DNA of 63,654 nt, the filler included, from Pelomyxa schiedti (lineage: Eukaryota > Protista > Evosea), in assembly GCA_020536535.1 (NCBI GenBank). It is 15 parts of 15 records of this genome, joined end to end, with 100 filler letters (N's around TTAATTAATTAA, not from the genome) between each part and the next. Parts side by side here need not be neighbours in the genome. Positions count along the whole stretch, not along the records: positions 7,508 to 35,363 come from JAHLWZ010000023.1; 14 more parts are not named here. One strand, given 5' to 3'. Positions within the stretch are counted from its first letter, which is position 1. Every line of letters starts with the position of its first letter. Below are positions 11,003 through 23,559 of the stretch, piece after piece. The notes under the pieces were generated by a model, which saw nothing but the letters and a program-made list of their open reading frames with translations, searched no databases and was not told where the DNA came from. The translations under genes were made by a program, and so were the position numbers.

Positions 11003-13419
11003 ATGGGCACTGAGCAGTCGACTCTGGAGAACGACAAGGCGGAGAACAATGGCGCAGTGGAAACGCGGGACGATGACGTGGATGGTCTCTATGCACCAAA
11101 TAAGCCGGCAATAGCTGCGGCTGCCCCTCCAATACCTGCTAGACAGGGAGTCTGGAGAACGAGAAGCCATATCCTCCAAGTGCATGATGGTAAGATGGTA
11201 ACATCGGTGGACCCTGAAATGTTGACAAGAGAACAGGTACATACTTGAGTGACAGTGTTGTGAAAAGTGTGAGTGAGGTTTATGAAGATTTCTCTTATGT
11301 GACAAGTTTGGGAGGGGGAGTCACTCTGTCAGCTAGGTGGGCAAAAAGCCTTATGTGATCTCTTTCATTGGCGAGACCCAAGAAGGGAAGTCTTTTTTAC
11401 TTGGGAAAATCTTGGAGTGTTTTCGATGGAGTAAATCAGGATTGCCAAGGTGAGATAATCTCNNNNNNNNNNNNNNNNNNNNNNNNNNNNNNNNNNNNNN
11501 NNNNNNNNNNNNNNNNNNNNNNNNNNNNNNNNNNNNNNNNNNNNNNNNNNNNNNNNNNNNNNCAAAAAGCCTTATGTGATCTCTTTCATTGGCGAGACCC
11601 AAGAAGGGAAGTCTTTTTTACTTGGGAAAATCTTGGAGTGTTTTCGATGGAGTAAATCAGGATTGCCAAGGTGAGATAATCTCGCGCACATATGATCAGC
11701 TGAAGAAACACCAAACAGGCCAGCTGTTGGAAACGAAACCGACCCTGAGACCAAGGGTATAGACTTTTACAGCTGTGATGATATGTTTTTTTTAGATTAC
11801 GAAGGCACAAGTGGGGAAACTCCTAGAGAAGAGGTTCGGCCCCACTTTCTCAAATCGAATGATAAGTCATCTAGTGCATTGTAGGGAAAATTTTTCCCAG
11901 ACTCGCTTATGCTGTTAGTTCCACTCTCGTTTTCGTCACAAAAAAGAGTCCAGCAAACAAAACGACATTTCCATCACTTATTGCGTTGCTCAAAGGTGCT
12001 GCCGACTTGGAGTCAAAGGTACCAGCTTGGTGAATTGGTTTTTGCTAGTGCTTACAATTCTACAGGAGGCCTACGAAAAACCTCATCTTATTATTGTGTT
12101 CAACAGGTGTGATGCAAAAGGACTCACAATTGACACGCTGAGCAGTCGTAATCCAGTCGGGTTCCCGTCACTCCTTGAGTTATTCTCTTCCATTACACCT
12201 TATTGTGTACCTGATAAAAATTACACTGCGTTTCCAGTGAAGATTCGTGGTCTTAAGGTAACTTCTCCAAATCAATGCAATTCTACTCCTTTTCAATTAA
12301 TAGGAACTTTTGCGGGGGAAGGGTGTACAACTACCAGCCAGGCAGTGGATATATCTATTTGAAAGTGTTGTATCGCATGTAAGTAAGATGTTCAAGTTTC
12401 CCTGTAACAAAAAACAACAAAGTTCAATAGACCTGAACTGACGCCTGTTCCATTATGTAAATTATATTGTGCCCTGCTTGACAAATTACCTCGACCTTTG
12501 GACAGACTGCAACAATTATTCTTAACCAACATACCAAACCGCATGTGCACTGAAGACAGTTACACACAACACTGCACTCAGGTTTTACGAGCAGTTGCCT
12601 TTGTTTTGGCTGCTCACTATTTTGGCGATCCTACCCCATCTGTCAATGTTTTTCCCCCATCAACATTGTTAACGAGACTTAACTCATAGTAGGATGACAA
12701 CACCGCAGGGAGAGTGGCACTCTTGCTTGAGTACCTTGCAAAGTTTGCCCCATGTACTATATGTGGCGTACAACACTGCTTCCATTCAAGCAGTATTGCA
12801 CACGAGGGACACTTTAACGGACACCCTCTGGATCATGGCAAAATTCAGGAAACCACGCTGCAAACAAAAAGATTCCTGGAGGCTCTGACAAATGCAGTTA
12901 GCTTTTACCCATCTTCTTGTAACCATCTAATGCAGTACAACAGTCTATTACGATAAAATACAACCCTGAATTACGTTGCTTTAATGAAGCCGCCCAAGCA
13001 CATGCATATGATTCTCTTGTCTCTGAATTCAACACAATTCACAAGTTCAGCCGGGATTGCGGTACTGCCCTTGTAACAGGAGCCTCTGTGGGAGCCCTGA
13101 TAGCATTCCCCCCGGCAATCCTTGTGTCTTCATCTGTGGTAGGTGCTCCCTTTGGACTCCTCATTATATGTATCCACAGCACCATTACTTCTTCGATTAA
13201 TCGCAAACAAACGCAGGTGCCGGAGCAGCAGTTGGAGGAACACTGGGGATTCTTGTTGGGCCGGTAAATAGCACAGATGTCACCACACAGGAACGAGTTA
13301 GAGAACTGATGGAGGCAGCAGCACTGCAGGCCTATGCAAAAGGACACATTCACGCCGTAGTCGTTGTGAAAAACTGGAGAAAGGTCAAGATTGCCGAACC
13401 TCCTAAGGGAGAATCGTGA
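11003..13419 (+). CDS. GBP/atlastin-like P-loop NTPase with glycine zipper, copy 2 (tandem paralogue, spliced)
   Basis: MGTEQS..., VISFIGETQEGKS, ETKGID, FLDYEG, PRLAYAVSSTLVFV, KPHLIIVFN, FAPCTICGVQHCFH and GASVGALI..GAGAAVGGTLG. Intron positions match copy 1. Confidence 0.8.
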
Positions 13420-13525
13420 AACTGCCGTTTGTGGGCTGCTTACATTCACATACACCTCTGTTTACATTACATATTTGTGGCAATTCCGTGTTCTGAACAG
13501 AATACAGAACTTTTTTCCCCTCCAA

Positions 13526-14406
13526 TCAGTTGCCGCTACCTGAAGTGGAGCACGAGGTGTAGTAATGCTGTGGTGGCCACTTGCAGGAATGCGGTGTGGA
13601 ATTCACAAACAGGGAGCGCCACCATGTCTCTGCATTGGTTTTGTTGGCTTCATAATTGCCGCCACGCCACCTCTTGAGTAGCGTGATTGTAACAATGTGT
13701 GTTGCCCGGTCGTACTCCCACGTGCTTTCCTCTGCTTTGATGGCATTCAGCAGTGTGCCTTGAACAATGGCTTGTGCCGTGCTGCCGAGTGCCGCGGGGT
13801 TCGGCACTGTCACGAGGAGAGTGGATGGTGCGATTTTGACAGTAGGTAATGTGGTGCACGACTCGGGTATTTTGCATGCAATGAGGCATTCGTACTGGTT
13901 TTGTGTCCATTTGTAGCTGGATTCCTCAAAACCAAGGTCTGGTACCACTGAGAAGCAGGATGAATATGCCGAGTCCTGCATTTCATGAAATGATTTCTGG
14001 GGTGCAGAGTGTACTATGTCTTCTTGTACCGGTACAGGTGGCTGTGGTAGCCTTCAATTAATTGAGTTATACGCAGGAATCTCTCAGGAATTGTGGAAAA
14101 TACGGGACCTACTTTCCATACTGTACAGGTTGCTCCAAGTTTTCTGTGGTGATAATACCCTGTTTATTGGTCTTACGCATAAACTCTGCCAGTTTTGGCT
14201 CTGTCCTTTCAACAGCATCAGCGATTTCGTTAACCTCACACTTAAATCTGTGTGCATCCCAGTCCCTAAACAAGGGTGACTCAAGAACCCTTGCAGAGAA
14301 TTTACCTCAGTTGGCAAGTTGAATTACAATAGAAAACAGACTTGCACCTGCTGCACCTCTGTAGTGTGGCACTTCTAATGCCGCAGGCATCACACCGCCT
14401 CATCAT
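13526..14406 (-). CDS. MYND zinc finger + CS (NudC/p23-like) domain protein (spliced)
   Basis: Exon 1 MMRRCDACG..LQRCSRCKSVFYCNSTCQL and exon 2 DWDAHRFKC form a MYND finger. The C-terminus YKWTQN...IKAEESTWEY..TITLLK..WWRSLF is NudC-type CS. Confidence 0.8.
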
Positions 14407-14492
14407 CACTCGACGAAAGAAGAATTTGAAGAACGGGATAAAAAGGGTTCTGATGAATTCCCGTGTTTATTCACAAAGGTTTGACTTTCTGT

Positions 14493-16076
14493 TCAGCCTG
14501 AAGAGAGCACGGCGTTGGCTACTGCTATTGCGAATGCCAATACAACAGCCCCCACGGCAACCGTGGCGGTTTCTGTTGCTGTAGGTGCTCTGATGGTGGG
14601 TGCCAGGTCGTCTAACTGGTTTTCCATCTGTAGGATTTTCCTTGTTCTGTTTGTGTTGGTTTGTGTGCGTTTTAAAAATGCAATTGGGTGGAAGGAGGCA
14701 TACTCTGGTGGAAGCTTGAGAGATGAAGGCGGGAGTGCAGTGTGAATTTCTACTGCTCTTGAAATGATTTCTTCGAGAATGGGATGTGAAAATGGCTCTT
14801 ACACATATGTCACTTGTGGCATAATAATTGGCGACATACCTTGGTCTAGTTGAAGTATCTTTCCAGAAGTTGTAAAGAAGTTGTGCACAATCCATCTGTC
14901 ACAATCCGTCTGCATTGGTAAGGAAAAGAAGGTGCAAATTGTTTGTTTTTAACCTTCAGTAGCCTTTCACGCAATTGTATGACAAAGCTTGCACACATAT
15001 AGAGAGGCATGGTGGAATCAGAGGCTATAAACACGTCAAAAATTCGAGATAAAACCTGCAAACATGTTATTATAAAGTTTCTCGTTAAGAATTTGGTAAC
15101 CGAAATACTGTCGTATGTGTGTGAAAACCAAGTCAACATCCATTCGAGAGCAAAGTACGGTGGGGTCTCCGCATGTTCTATAAAATCGGCCACCTGTGGG
15201 TCAGCGTGACGAAGGACCACTGGTAACAACTCGAGCATTGATTGAATTGGTTGAAGTGTGGGGGATAACCATGCCCTGAACTGGAGGTGAACACGTACTC
15301 TTATATTACTAGTACTAGTACCTCAGTTTAGTTGTTGATAAGGTTTCCAGTAATGCCATCCCAAGTTTGGGTCCGCATACAAGTAAGAAAACGGTTGCAA
15401 TGTCGTGATATCCCTGTTATTGATTTATTTCTATTTTTAAGCCTGGGTTACAAGGAAAAGGAGAAAAACTTGAAAATAGTGCAGGTCCTGATGCTTAGTT
15501 AAAATAGTATTGAGCATGCTTGATAATTCGACCACTTTTGTTGTGCTAAAATCTAGTTACCAATGGAGGATTGGAGGTGGAGAAACCGAGATTTGTGTAT
15601 TGCTGGATTCCATAGTGCTCGATCAACATCCTTCTGAATTTGATCCACAAAGGGGTGATCGAAGCGACTGGCTTACGTAAAATGAGTTAAGAGAACAACC
15701 ACGACGTGGAGCTCTGAAAAAAACCTTTGTTATAATTTGTCAAGTTGTATCTGTCGATGTAAAGAAGACGCGACCACGCGAGTTTTCGTATTTGACAAGA
15801 AACAAAGCCGCCCTTCGTAAGTGCCAGGGCACGTAGGGCGGGCAATGCCTAGAAGAAAAATGACTCAACAACGTTGAGCTACTTCACAAGCAGACAAACT
15901 TTTGGCTGTGACAAGTAGGAGTTGATAGACTTGATCTTCTGCGCGTGATAGTGACCATAGTCAATGGCGTTTGCTGTCGAACTGCAACAATCGCACAAGT
16001 GCTTTTTTCTTCTTGGCGTATACTCAGTATTCACGCTAGTTGACTTTGTTGAGGAACCGCGACGTCGATCACTCAT
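14493..16076 (-). CDS. TBC1D20: TBC-domain Rab GAP, TBC1D20/Gyp8-like, with C-terminal TM helix (spliced)
   Basis: QIQKDVDR, LHYFQ|GYHDIATVFLL, YFALEWMLTWFSH and RIFDVFIASDSTMPLY. Terminal hydrophobic AVGAVVLAFAIAVANAVL. Confidence 0.82.
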
Positions 16077-16324
16077 TTTTTCCAACCAATCCGGAAACAA
16101 AGGTTTCTAAGACTGATGGACAACCCTGTGCCGCTGCAAGAGATACGCCTCGTGGTACATTGCCTTGTCGCCGAAGGCAAAAGGTGGGACAATCGTTGAG
16201 TACCTTACTCATGCAACATTGTGATTGGTACATAAAACTGAAGCCGTGTGCTGATGTAACAAATTTCTTGAATGGCTCAAGCCAAGTATGTGATACGGTT
16301 AGAAACTGGAGCTCTTTCTTTTCC

Positions 16325-18437
16325 TCAAGGTGTGACTACAACTTTAATGTGCTCTGGCAATCTGGCCAATTCAAACGCCTGTTGGATATTGCACAAGGGT
16401 TCCATGTGTGTGACCACACTTTCTGCCAGAATCCGACAGGTTGAGGGTGACTGAGCCAACATGTTTACGGCGTGGGCCTGGTCTCCACATCGCGAGGATG
16501 AAATGTGAATTCCACGGGCAAGAGCGGTTAGGAGAGAGTGTGAATTTTTCGAATTTGCGCATGGTTGTGTCGCCGTTGATGTTGATGTTGATACTGGCGT
16601 TGTGTATGTTTGTGTCTGTGGAGTTAAGGCTGTGGAAGTTTTACTGGGATTTTCGTCGAGTGTTAGCAGAATGGCACCGCGGGGTCTAACGATTCCAAAG
16701 CGGCTGTCCTCCCTGGGGGGTTGTGAAAATTGAGGGAAGTGATGAAGAAAGTTACTTTGGACGGAAGAGAGGGTCGAGCTCGGATACAGAGGAGACTATG
16801 GCAAGGTCGAAAAGTGGAATAGATGAATTCAGGGGTCCTCCTTGTGCTACCTTTTGGTAAATAAATCTTTGGGGATCTTAGTCCAAGGGGCGACTCACAA
16901 TCTCTGCAGCTTCGGGTATTGTCATTTGGTGAAACTTTTGGGCTGCCGATATTTCCTGTAACATGTTCATTTTTTCTGCCTACTGCCTGTTAAAGTGTCC
17001 TGGGTCTAAGAGGAAAACATACTGCAATGTTTGGGGAGACATAAATGTTCAAGTTAGGCCTTGTGGGTTCTCCTTCCCATGAAAAATCCAGAAATTTGTG
17101 TATCTCAGCAAGAGATTTTGTGGAACCGTCTAGATGTGTGCCAAAGAGGGACAACTCATCCACAACAAACTCCCAGAGCCTTTCAATACCGTTGGCGTGT
17201 GCTTCACTTGTTGACTTTAAGTGTACCTCTAGTTCTTCATGAGCCAGGCGTGAGTGAAGGGTTTAAACCTCTCCGCGTGAGATTCAACGCAAGTTCGAAC
17301 CCCGAACTTTTTCCAGTGGTGTCATACACAATATCATATTGCAAATGAGCTACTTCTTGGACAGCACTGTTTATAGTGTGATCACACCCCAAGGCCACAC
17401 ACAAATCTAACAGATGCTGATGCCTGAATGGTGTTAAAGAAAGGTAGAGAGTTTAGCCTCAAACCTTGCAATTGCAGTTATTGTGAACTCGGTTTTGTGA
17501 ACCGATCTCCAGTAGATAAGAGAGGCTACAATAAGAAGCCCAAGCCTACGTGGTCCAAGTACAACCACTTTGTCCCCATTCTTTGGGGGTGATGCCTCAA
17601 CACTCTGTAGACTTTAATTAGTTGCCACGAGAAAATAAGTCTTAATCCACACATGGAGTGCAGCAGCAAGAGGCTCAGAGAGTATAGCTGCTCGAAAGGG
17701 AATGGTGTCAGGAATTGGTATCAATGTATGCCGGGGTGCCAGGAAGTACCTGTGCCAAACTCAATACAGGAAATAGGACCTCTACTCCATACGGTGCAAA
17801 AACTCCCGGGAGTGTCCATATACCCAGACACCCTGACGATCCAGCACACTAACTTTTCAGTACTAAACAACACTTGGATGGAATCCACAAACCTGAGTGT
17901 GCATAAAGAAAGGTCCAGGGTTACAGTATGCGCAAGTTGACTGTATTCCCCTGCCATAGTGTGAGGCGTTTATCTCGGGTGCCACGAGTCTTCCTCGTCG
18001 GTCTCTCCTAAAACAACAATTTGGAGGTATGAGGTGAAAATGCAGTCAGCTATTAGAAACATAACTTGAAATACACACGCCAAAGCTTCGTGTCCGACAA
18101 TCAATGGCAAAGGGGTTGGGCTCAAATGCCTCGCTAGGTCGGTAGAACATATTCCACTGTACTCCATCTAGTGGAGAGTGAACACAAAGCAAACAAAGGG
18201 GGAAAAAAAGCACCTTGAGCAACTCGAAACCAGGCCCCAACTCCAGGAATTTCACGCCATCGCGTAGCTAAAGCAAAACAGTCTGCTTTCAGTTTGACAG
18301 GCAAGGCACAAACTCAAACACACCAGAATCCAACAGGTATCCTCGCCGTCGCCGCTGCTCGGCGTTGGGCGGTACTCAAAGTTACACCACGTAAAAGAGC
18401 CGTCACGGTTCAACTCGGGCGCACGGAACGACGCCAT
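16325..18437 (-). CDS. Zinc-dependent medium-chain dehydrogenase/reductase (MDR), elongated (spliced)
   Basis: YSGICSTD, IVGHE, EPLAAALH, VVVLGPRRLG, YDIVYDTTG, VHLKST, SSRCG and the terminal VVTHMEPL..IQQAFELA..HIKVVVTP*. Confidence 0.85.
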
Positions 18438-18665
18438 TTGGCAAAAAAAAAGATCTGGACTCCAACATGGTCTTCACCTCGCCCCGAGATTGAAAGGAGA
18501 GAGGGAAATTCCGTCATGTATGGGGCAGAAAGATTGGCAGTGCATGGCTCACTTGAACCTAATGGCCCTCACCCGGTGATTTTGATCTCACTTAAAAACC
18601 AGGAACTGGCGGAAGAGGAGTCTGTGGAAGAGGAGTCGGCAGAGGAGTCGGCGGAGGAGGAATCG

Positions 18666-20240
18666 ATGTCGCCATCTGGTGCAGCCCCATCAGTGCTGAC
18701 ACTGGGCACATTTCACGATCTTGTAAGTCATCGGCTGTTTGTGTTGTGGACCTCGACAAAACCGTGTGCAGCGCAGCGCAGTGCAGTGCCGCTCCACACC
18801 GAGCACACACAAATCACAAACGACAAATGACTGAGTTGTGGGGCAGATTGGCAAGCGATTCCACACTTTCGAAGAGATGTGCGAGGCGAGGCTGCACCGT
18901 TCATGGCGGTCTGGGATATGCCCGTGTGGCAAGAAGGTAGCCGAGAGCGTCGTGGTGTGCAACTCCACGTGGGCAGACGACGACCGCGGTGCATATCTCG
19001 TTCTTTTTCTGGGGGCGCCGTTATGACTTTGATGGGTGATGTGTAACTCATTCAAAAAAAAAGGGGATGTTCTTTGGTTCACTGGACAAGGAAAAGGCAA
19101 AGACCAAGAACTCAAGCAGGGAAACTTGTCACTTGCAAATGCTTGTGAGGCAAATAAACCCATACGCGTGATCAGAGGACATCAACTGAAAACGGACATA
19201 GCTCCTTCCTGGGGTTATAGATATGATGGCCTGTATAAAATAATCAAGTATCAGACGGAATCTCATGAAGGAAGGAGGATATGGAGGTTTCTGATGGAAA
19301 GATTAGAGGTATGCTGCTCTCTACTATTTCGTATTTAAAAAAATTCAGGGTCAACCTGAAGCACCTTACAAAAGTCGGGTACGATCTCATTCATTGTTTA
19401 AGACTTCTGACACCATTCAGGAGGAGTCTCCCCCTCCCCCACCACCAGGTTATAGGTACCCAACAAAGAGAGTATACAAAGAAAAAAATGAAAAGAAAAG
19501 CAAGAAGGATAACGTAATCACTGAAAAACGAGATAAAGTGGGAAAGAAATCCAAGAAAAAAAAGAAAGAGAAAAAAGAAAGAGGTCGAAAGAGAGCCACT
19601 AGCACATCTTCAAACACCATAAGGAAGCGGCTCCAACTTTCGTCAAGCTCTTCCAGTCCATCATTAAGTAGTGACTCTGAACGTTATGATGATCCCACGA
19701 GCCCGCCCCTGCCCCCGCCCACCCCTACGCAAGCATTTACAGTTCCTAGGATTTATTCACCCTCTCCTGCATTAGTTTCGGGAAAAACACCGATGGATCG
19801 TAAGTCCTCAACTTCCTAATCTTCGTTAATTTTTCGCAGAGTTTCTTGCTGTTCACTCTGGTTTTACTTCAATGACAAACGCCGAGATACTGGAGTGGAT
19901 AGCAAATGGATTATGCGCGTTTTGTGGCGCTTCAGTGAAGCCAACGACTTACCGAAAAGTTTAATTCCCGAGTTTTGGTTTCTTTTTTTTCCGGATCTTA
20001 ATTTCTGAAGCATTACAGGGAGCATTTGAGCCTAGTAGAAAGTTACCTACCGAAGGGAGATAGATATAGTAAGCCCCCGTATCGTGGGTCTCTTGGGACG
20101 GCAACCAAATCATCTCATGTTTCCCGTTCATCGTCATCCACTCCGCCGGACACACCTCCTGACATGCTTTCTATCGATCAGAATTCCGGTGTGCCCAATC
20201 TCTGCCACGATTGCTATCTGACAACACAAAAAACTCCATA
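18666..20240 (+). CDS. SRA/YDG domain protein with Lys-rich and Ser/Pro-rich C-terminus (spliced; 3' end approximate)
   Basis: IGKRF..LHRSWRSGI..AESVVV..DDDR|GDVLWFTGQG..DQEL..GNLSL..PIRVIRG..GYRYDGLY..WRFLMER is a canonical SRA signature. Confidence 0.88.
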
Positions 20241-20495
20241 GACCTTGAATCCTATGAAGACCTCCTTGCCGACGAAGCAACCAATTTTGACGACAGTGGT
20301 AGTGATACCGAGATTGATATGGACCAGGGTGCATATACCCTCCTGGGCGATATCCTATCACTCTGACTGTAAATACAAACAACCGAGATCAAGTAATTTA
20401 ACATTAGCCGAACCATCACCGGCGTTTTGTGTAGTTCCCTTGTGAGACCAAAATAACCGAGTCGAGGAATCGGATACCGTGTCCCTCTGCATACC

Positions 20496-23400
20496 ATGTC
20501 GTTCCTGGCACCCAAGAACCCTGTGGACTCAGCGAAACTGGAGATGATCAAACAGATCGCAGTTTGCGTGTCGACGCGATTTGCCAAGAACTACCTTTCG
20601 TCGCTCAAGGACGAGCTCATTGCCCAGGCCGAGAAGAAAAAAGCGAAGGAAATAGCGGAGCGGCTGCGCAGGGAGCGAAGATCCGGGGCCTCTCGAGATC
20701 CAACAAAGGGTGGACCGCAGCCAAGGCGACCGAGGAAAAAAGGGACGAAGAAGCCGGACAAGTTGTGCGCGAAGGTGACGACGTGGGAGACGTTGGATTC
20801 TGATATCGACCCTTACGTCGTGCGTGCCAATTCATTCCTAGTAATTACTTTTTGGAGGAATTAACGCAGCTCCCCTTTGCAAAATACAAGGTGTATGTTA
20901 TTATTTCCAGTTATGATGGGAGAGAAGCAACGAAAAACCGCCGTTATAAAGACTTCAAGCTACTTAATAAAAAGGTAGAGACTTGTGTTAGTCAATGGCT
21001 TTTTTTTGACGAAAAAAAAGCTTGGGAAGAAAGTCCCTTCCGGAGCTAAAATTCCTCCTGCAAACTCGTTATTTGGTGTCCGTAATCTTCACACAGCTTT
21101 TCTTCACGATAGGAAAACGAGCTTATCCCAGTACTTGAAATGTCTTTGTGATGTAGAAGCCCTTGCTACAGAAGTTGAATTTTTGAAGTTCCTAGGACTT
21201 GGTACCTGGCCTTTAGACTTTGGCCTATCCCTCTCCCTGGTCTTTAACTTGTTACAGTTAAACCTGAAGACCCCCTCAGTGCCGTGGTCTTCGAGAATGC
21301 CATTGACCGAACCAAGTGGGATTTGTGGATCTGGAAAAAAATTGTGTGGGATGAGGACGGGCAAGCTATTGCAAAGCTTGTTGTGGAAGACATAAGACAG
21401 GAGATCTGGTATGATATTGTTCAGGCGTGTCCTCCTTCTGAAGCTGCACGCAGAACAGCACTCAAAGTTGCATATAGAACGATATGCCTAACAGTTACTC
21501 CAGTCATAAATGCAGCATGGAACACTGTTTCTGAACAGGCAAAACCAGTTCGCCATAAAGTGACGGAAGTGCTCCAAGGGATGTTTGAGAAATTAGTTGA
21601 AGTGAAGACAGACATCAAGGCAAAACTAAAAGCTGGCATGGCTGCGGCATTGGCTCCAGTTATACAGATAATTCAAAAAGTACTTGGGAATATATTGTCT
21701 CGTCTGCTACCCCCACTTATCGAAGGTCTTCAACCGGCAGTAGAGAAAGCAGTTATCATTTCTTCCATGGTGAGCCAAGCTATTGAAACTGGAGACATTG
21801 CCAAGTGCAAAGATGTACGCGATGTTGTGCATGATACAAAGAAAGCTGTGTACAAAAAAGCGGAGGAAGCGTTACAGAAATCGTTGGAAAATCTCGTAGG
21901 AGAGTGCTCCAAGGATATTTCTCACGATGCTTTAAAAACTTTACTGTCACCTTTCAGCAAAATCTTTGACATTCTGAATTCCTTGATAACACTGATTGAC
22001 CCTGAGACTTATATGGATGTGGTTATCTTTCTCATAAAGCAGAAAGGGGTAATCCTAACTATGCAAGACCCAACAAATACAGCATCCGTACAGGAAAAGC
22101 TTGATTGGGAAGAATCGGATGCCATGTGGCACGCACGGTGGAATGGGTATCAAATTCGCAATGCTGGACGTGAGCTGTGGTGGGACCTTTCCACTTTGCT
22201 TGCTGATCTAGGGCCTGTGGCAGATGTATTTTGGTCCCTGGCTTGCTCGATTCAAAGCAGAATCCACAAACGGTCTCTGAAAAAGTTTTCCTGGAAATTT
22301 GGAGATTATTTATATAATAGTCTCAATAATCCTGCCGATACCCGCCCATGGGCTGTGAAAGTTAATGACTCCTTCCTTCTTGGATACCACAAAGCCCTGA
22401 AATGCGCCAAGAAGAATTTAATTGGCATTGCCTCAGAATACGCTGTCGAGTTTGTAAAAAAGCCCATTCTTGGGCCTCTCGAAAAAGAATTCATCCCCAA
22501 ACTCAAGGAAGTAATCGACCCAATTGAATCCCTTATACCTGAACCAATTAGAGAAATTCTTGATGTTGGTGGTCTGGTGATTCAATCCATAACCGAATCG
22601 ATATCGGAAGCTATAACATCTATTGTAACCAGTCAAGGCCCTCTGTGTTCTACTGAATTTTTAAAACTTGGCATAGTACTGTCCTCAACAGCCTCCTTAA
22701 ATCCTCCCACTCCTGGAGGACTTAGTTCTGCAACTAATCAGACACCTCCAAATGCAAACACTACTCCAAACCCTGTACCTCCCCTTGCAACTACCCATAC
22801 GATGAATGTACAACCAGAGACCACCACAGTCACTGTGCAACATCAACAGCCTCACACCGAGCAATCGCAAACTGCAGCTCCGGGCCCTGGAGTACAAACA
22901 ACTACCCTCACACAACAGAGCACTCATCCACAGTCAGGGCTGCAATCATCACCTACCAACTCTGGTTCCGAACAGCCTGCAAATCAACATCCTGGTCAGA
23001 ATCAACTGTCCGTTATGCAGCAACCTGGTGTACAACAGCAATCCCTCACGCCGCAGCCACATTCCGGATTCCAGCAACTGCAACCAATTTCGCAACAACC
23101 CGGAGTGCAACCATTAACGCCGCAATCTAGTGCGAACTGTGCGCAATACCCTGCTCCACAAACGATACAGTTCCAAGGGCAGCAGTCAATGCAGTACACC
23201 ATGCCGCAATATGCACAGTACAATGGGCAGCTAAATCAATACAACATGTATCAACAACCTGGAATGCCGCTTTCCTTTCCGATTCAACCCGGAGCACTAC
23301 AAAACACACAAGCTTTGCCTCAACCTAGTGGGATTCCCATTCAAAACTTTAGTCCGCAACCCGGTGTGGGTGTACAACCAGGTATGGTGTATTCTATGTA

Positions 23401-23529
23401 CCCACAAAACACTGGTATCCCTCCTAATGCACAGGTATATCGATCCCCGACTACAAATCTAATCTTGTTTAGTTCCCAATGGGCTACCAACAACCTTTGT
23501 ATTACCCAGGACAACAAATGTATTTTTGA
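20496..23529 (+). CDS. PX domain + long helical (Niban/FAM129-like) domain + Gln/Pro-rich tail (spliced)
   Basis: PX motifs YKVYVI..RRYKDFKLL..IPP..DRKTSLSQYL. A helical region of about 450 aa follows, then a QPG-rich low-complexity tail. The Niban resemblance is tentative. Confidence 0.72.
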
Positions 23530-23559
23530 AAAGAAAGGGTTTTCACAAACATGATCAAA

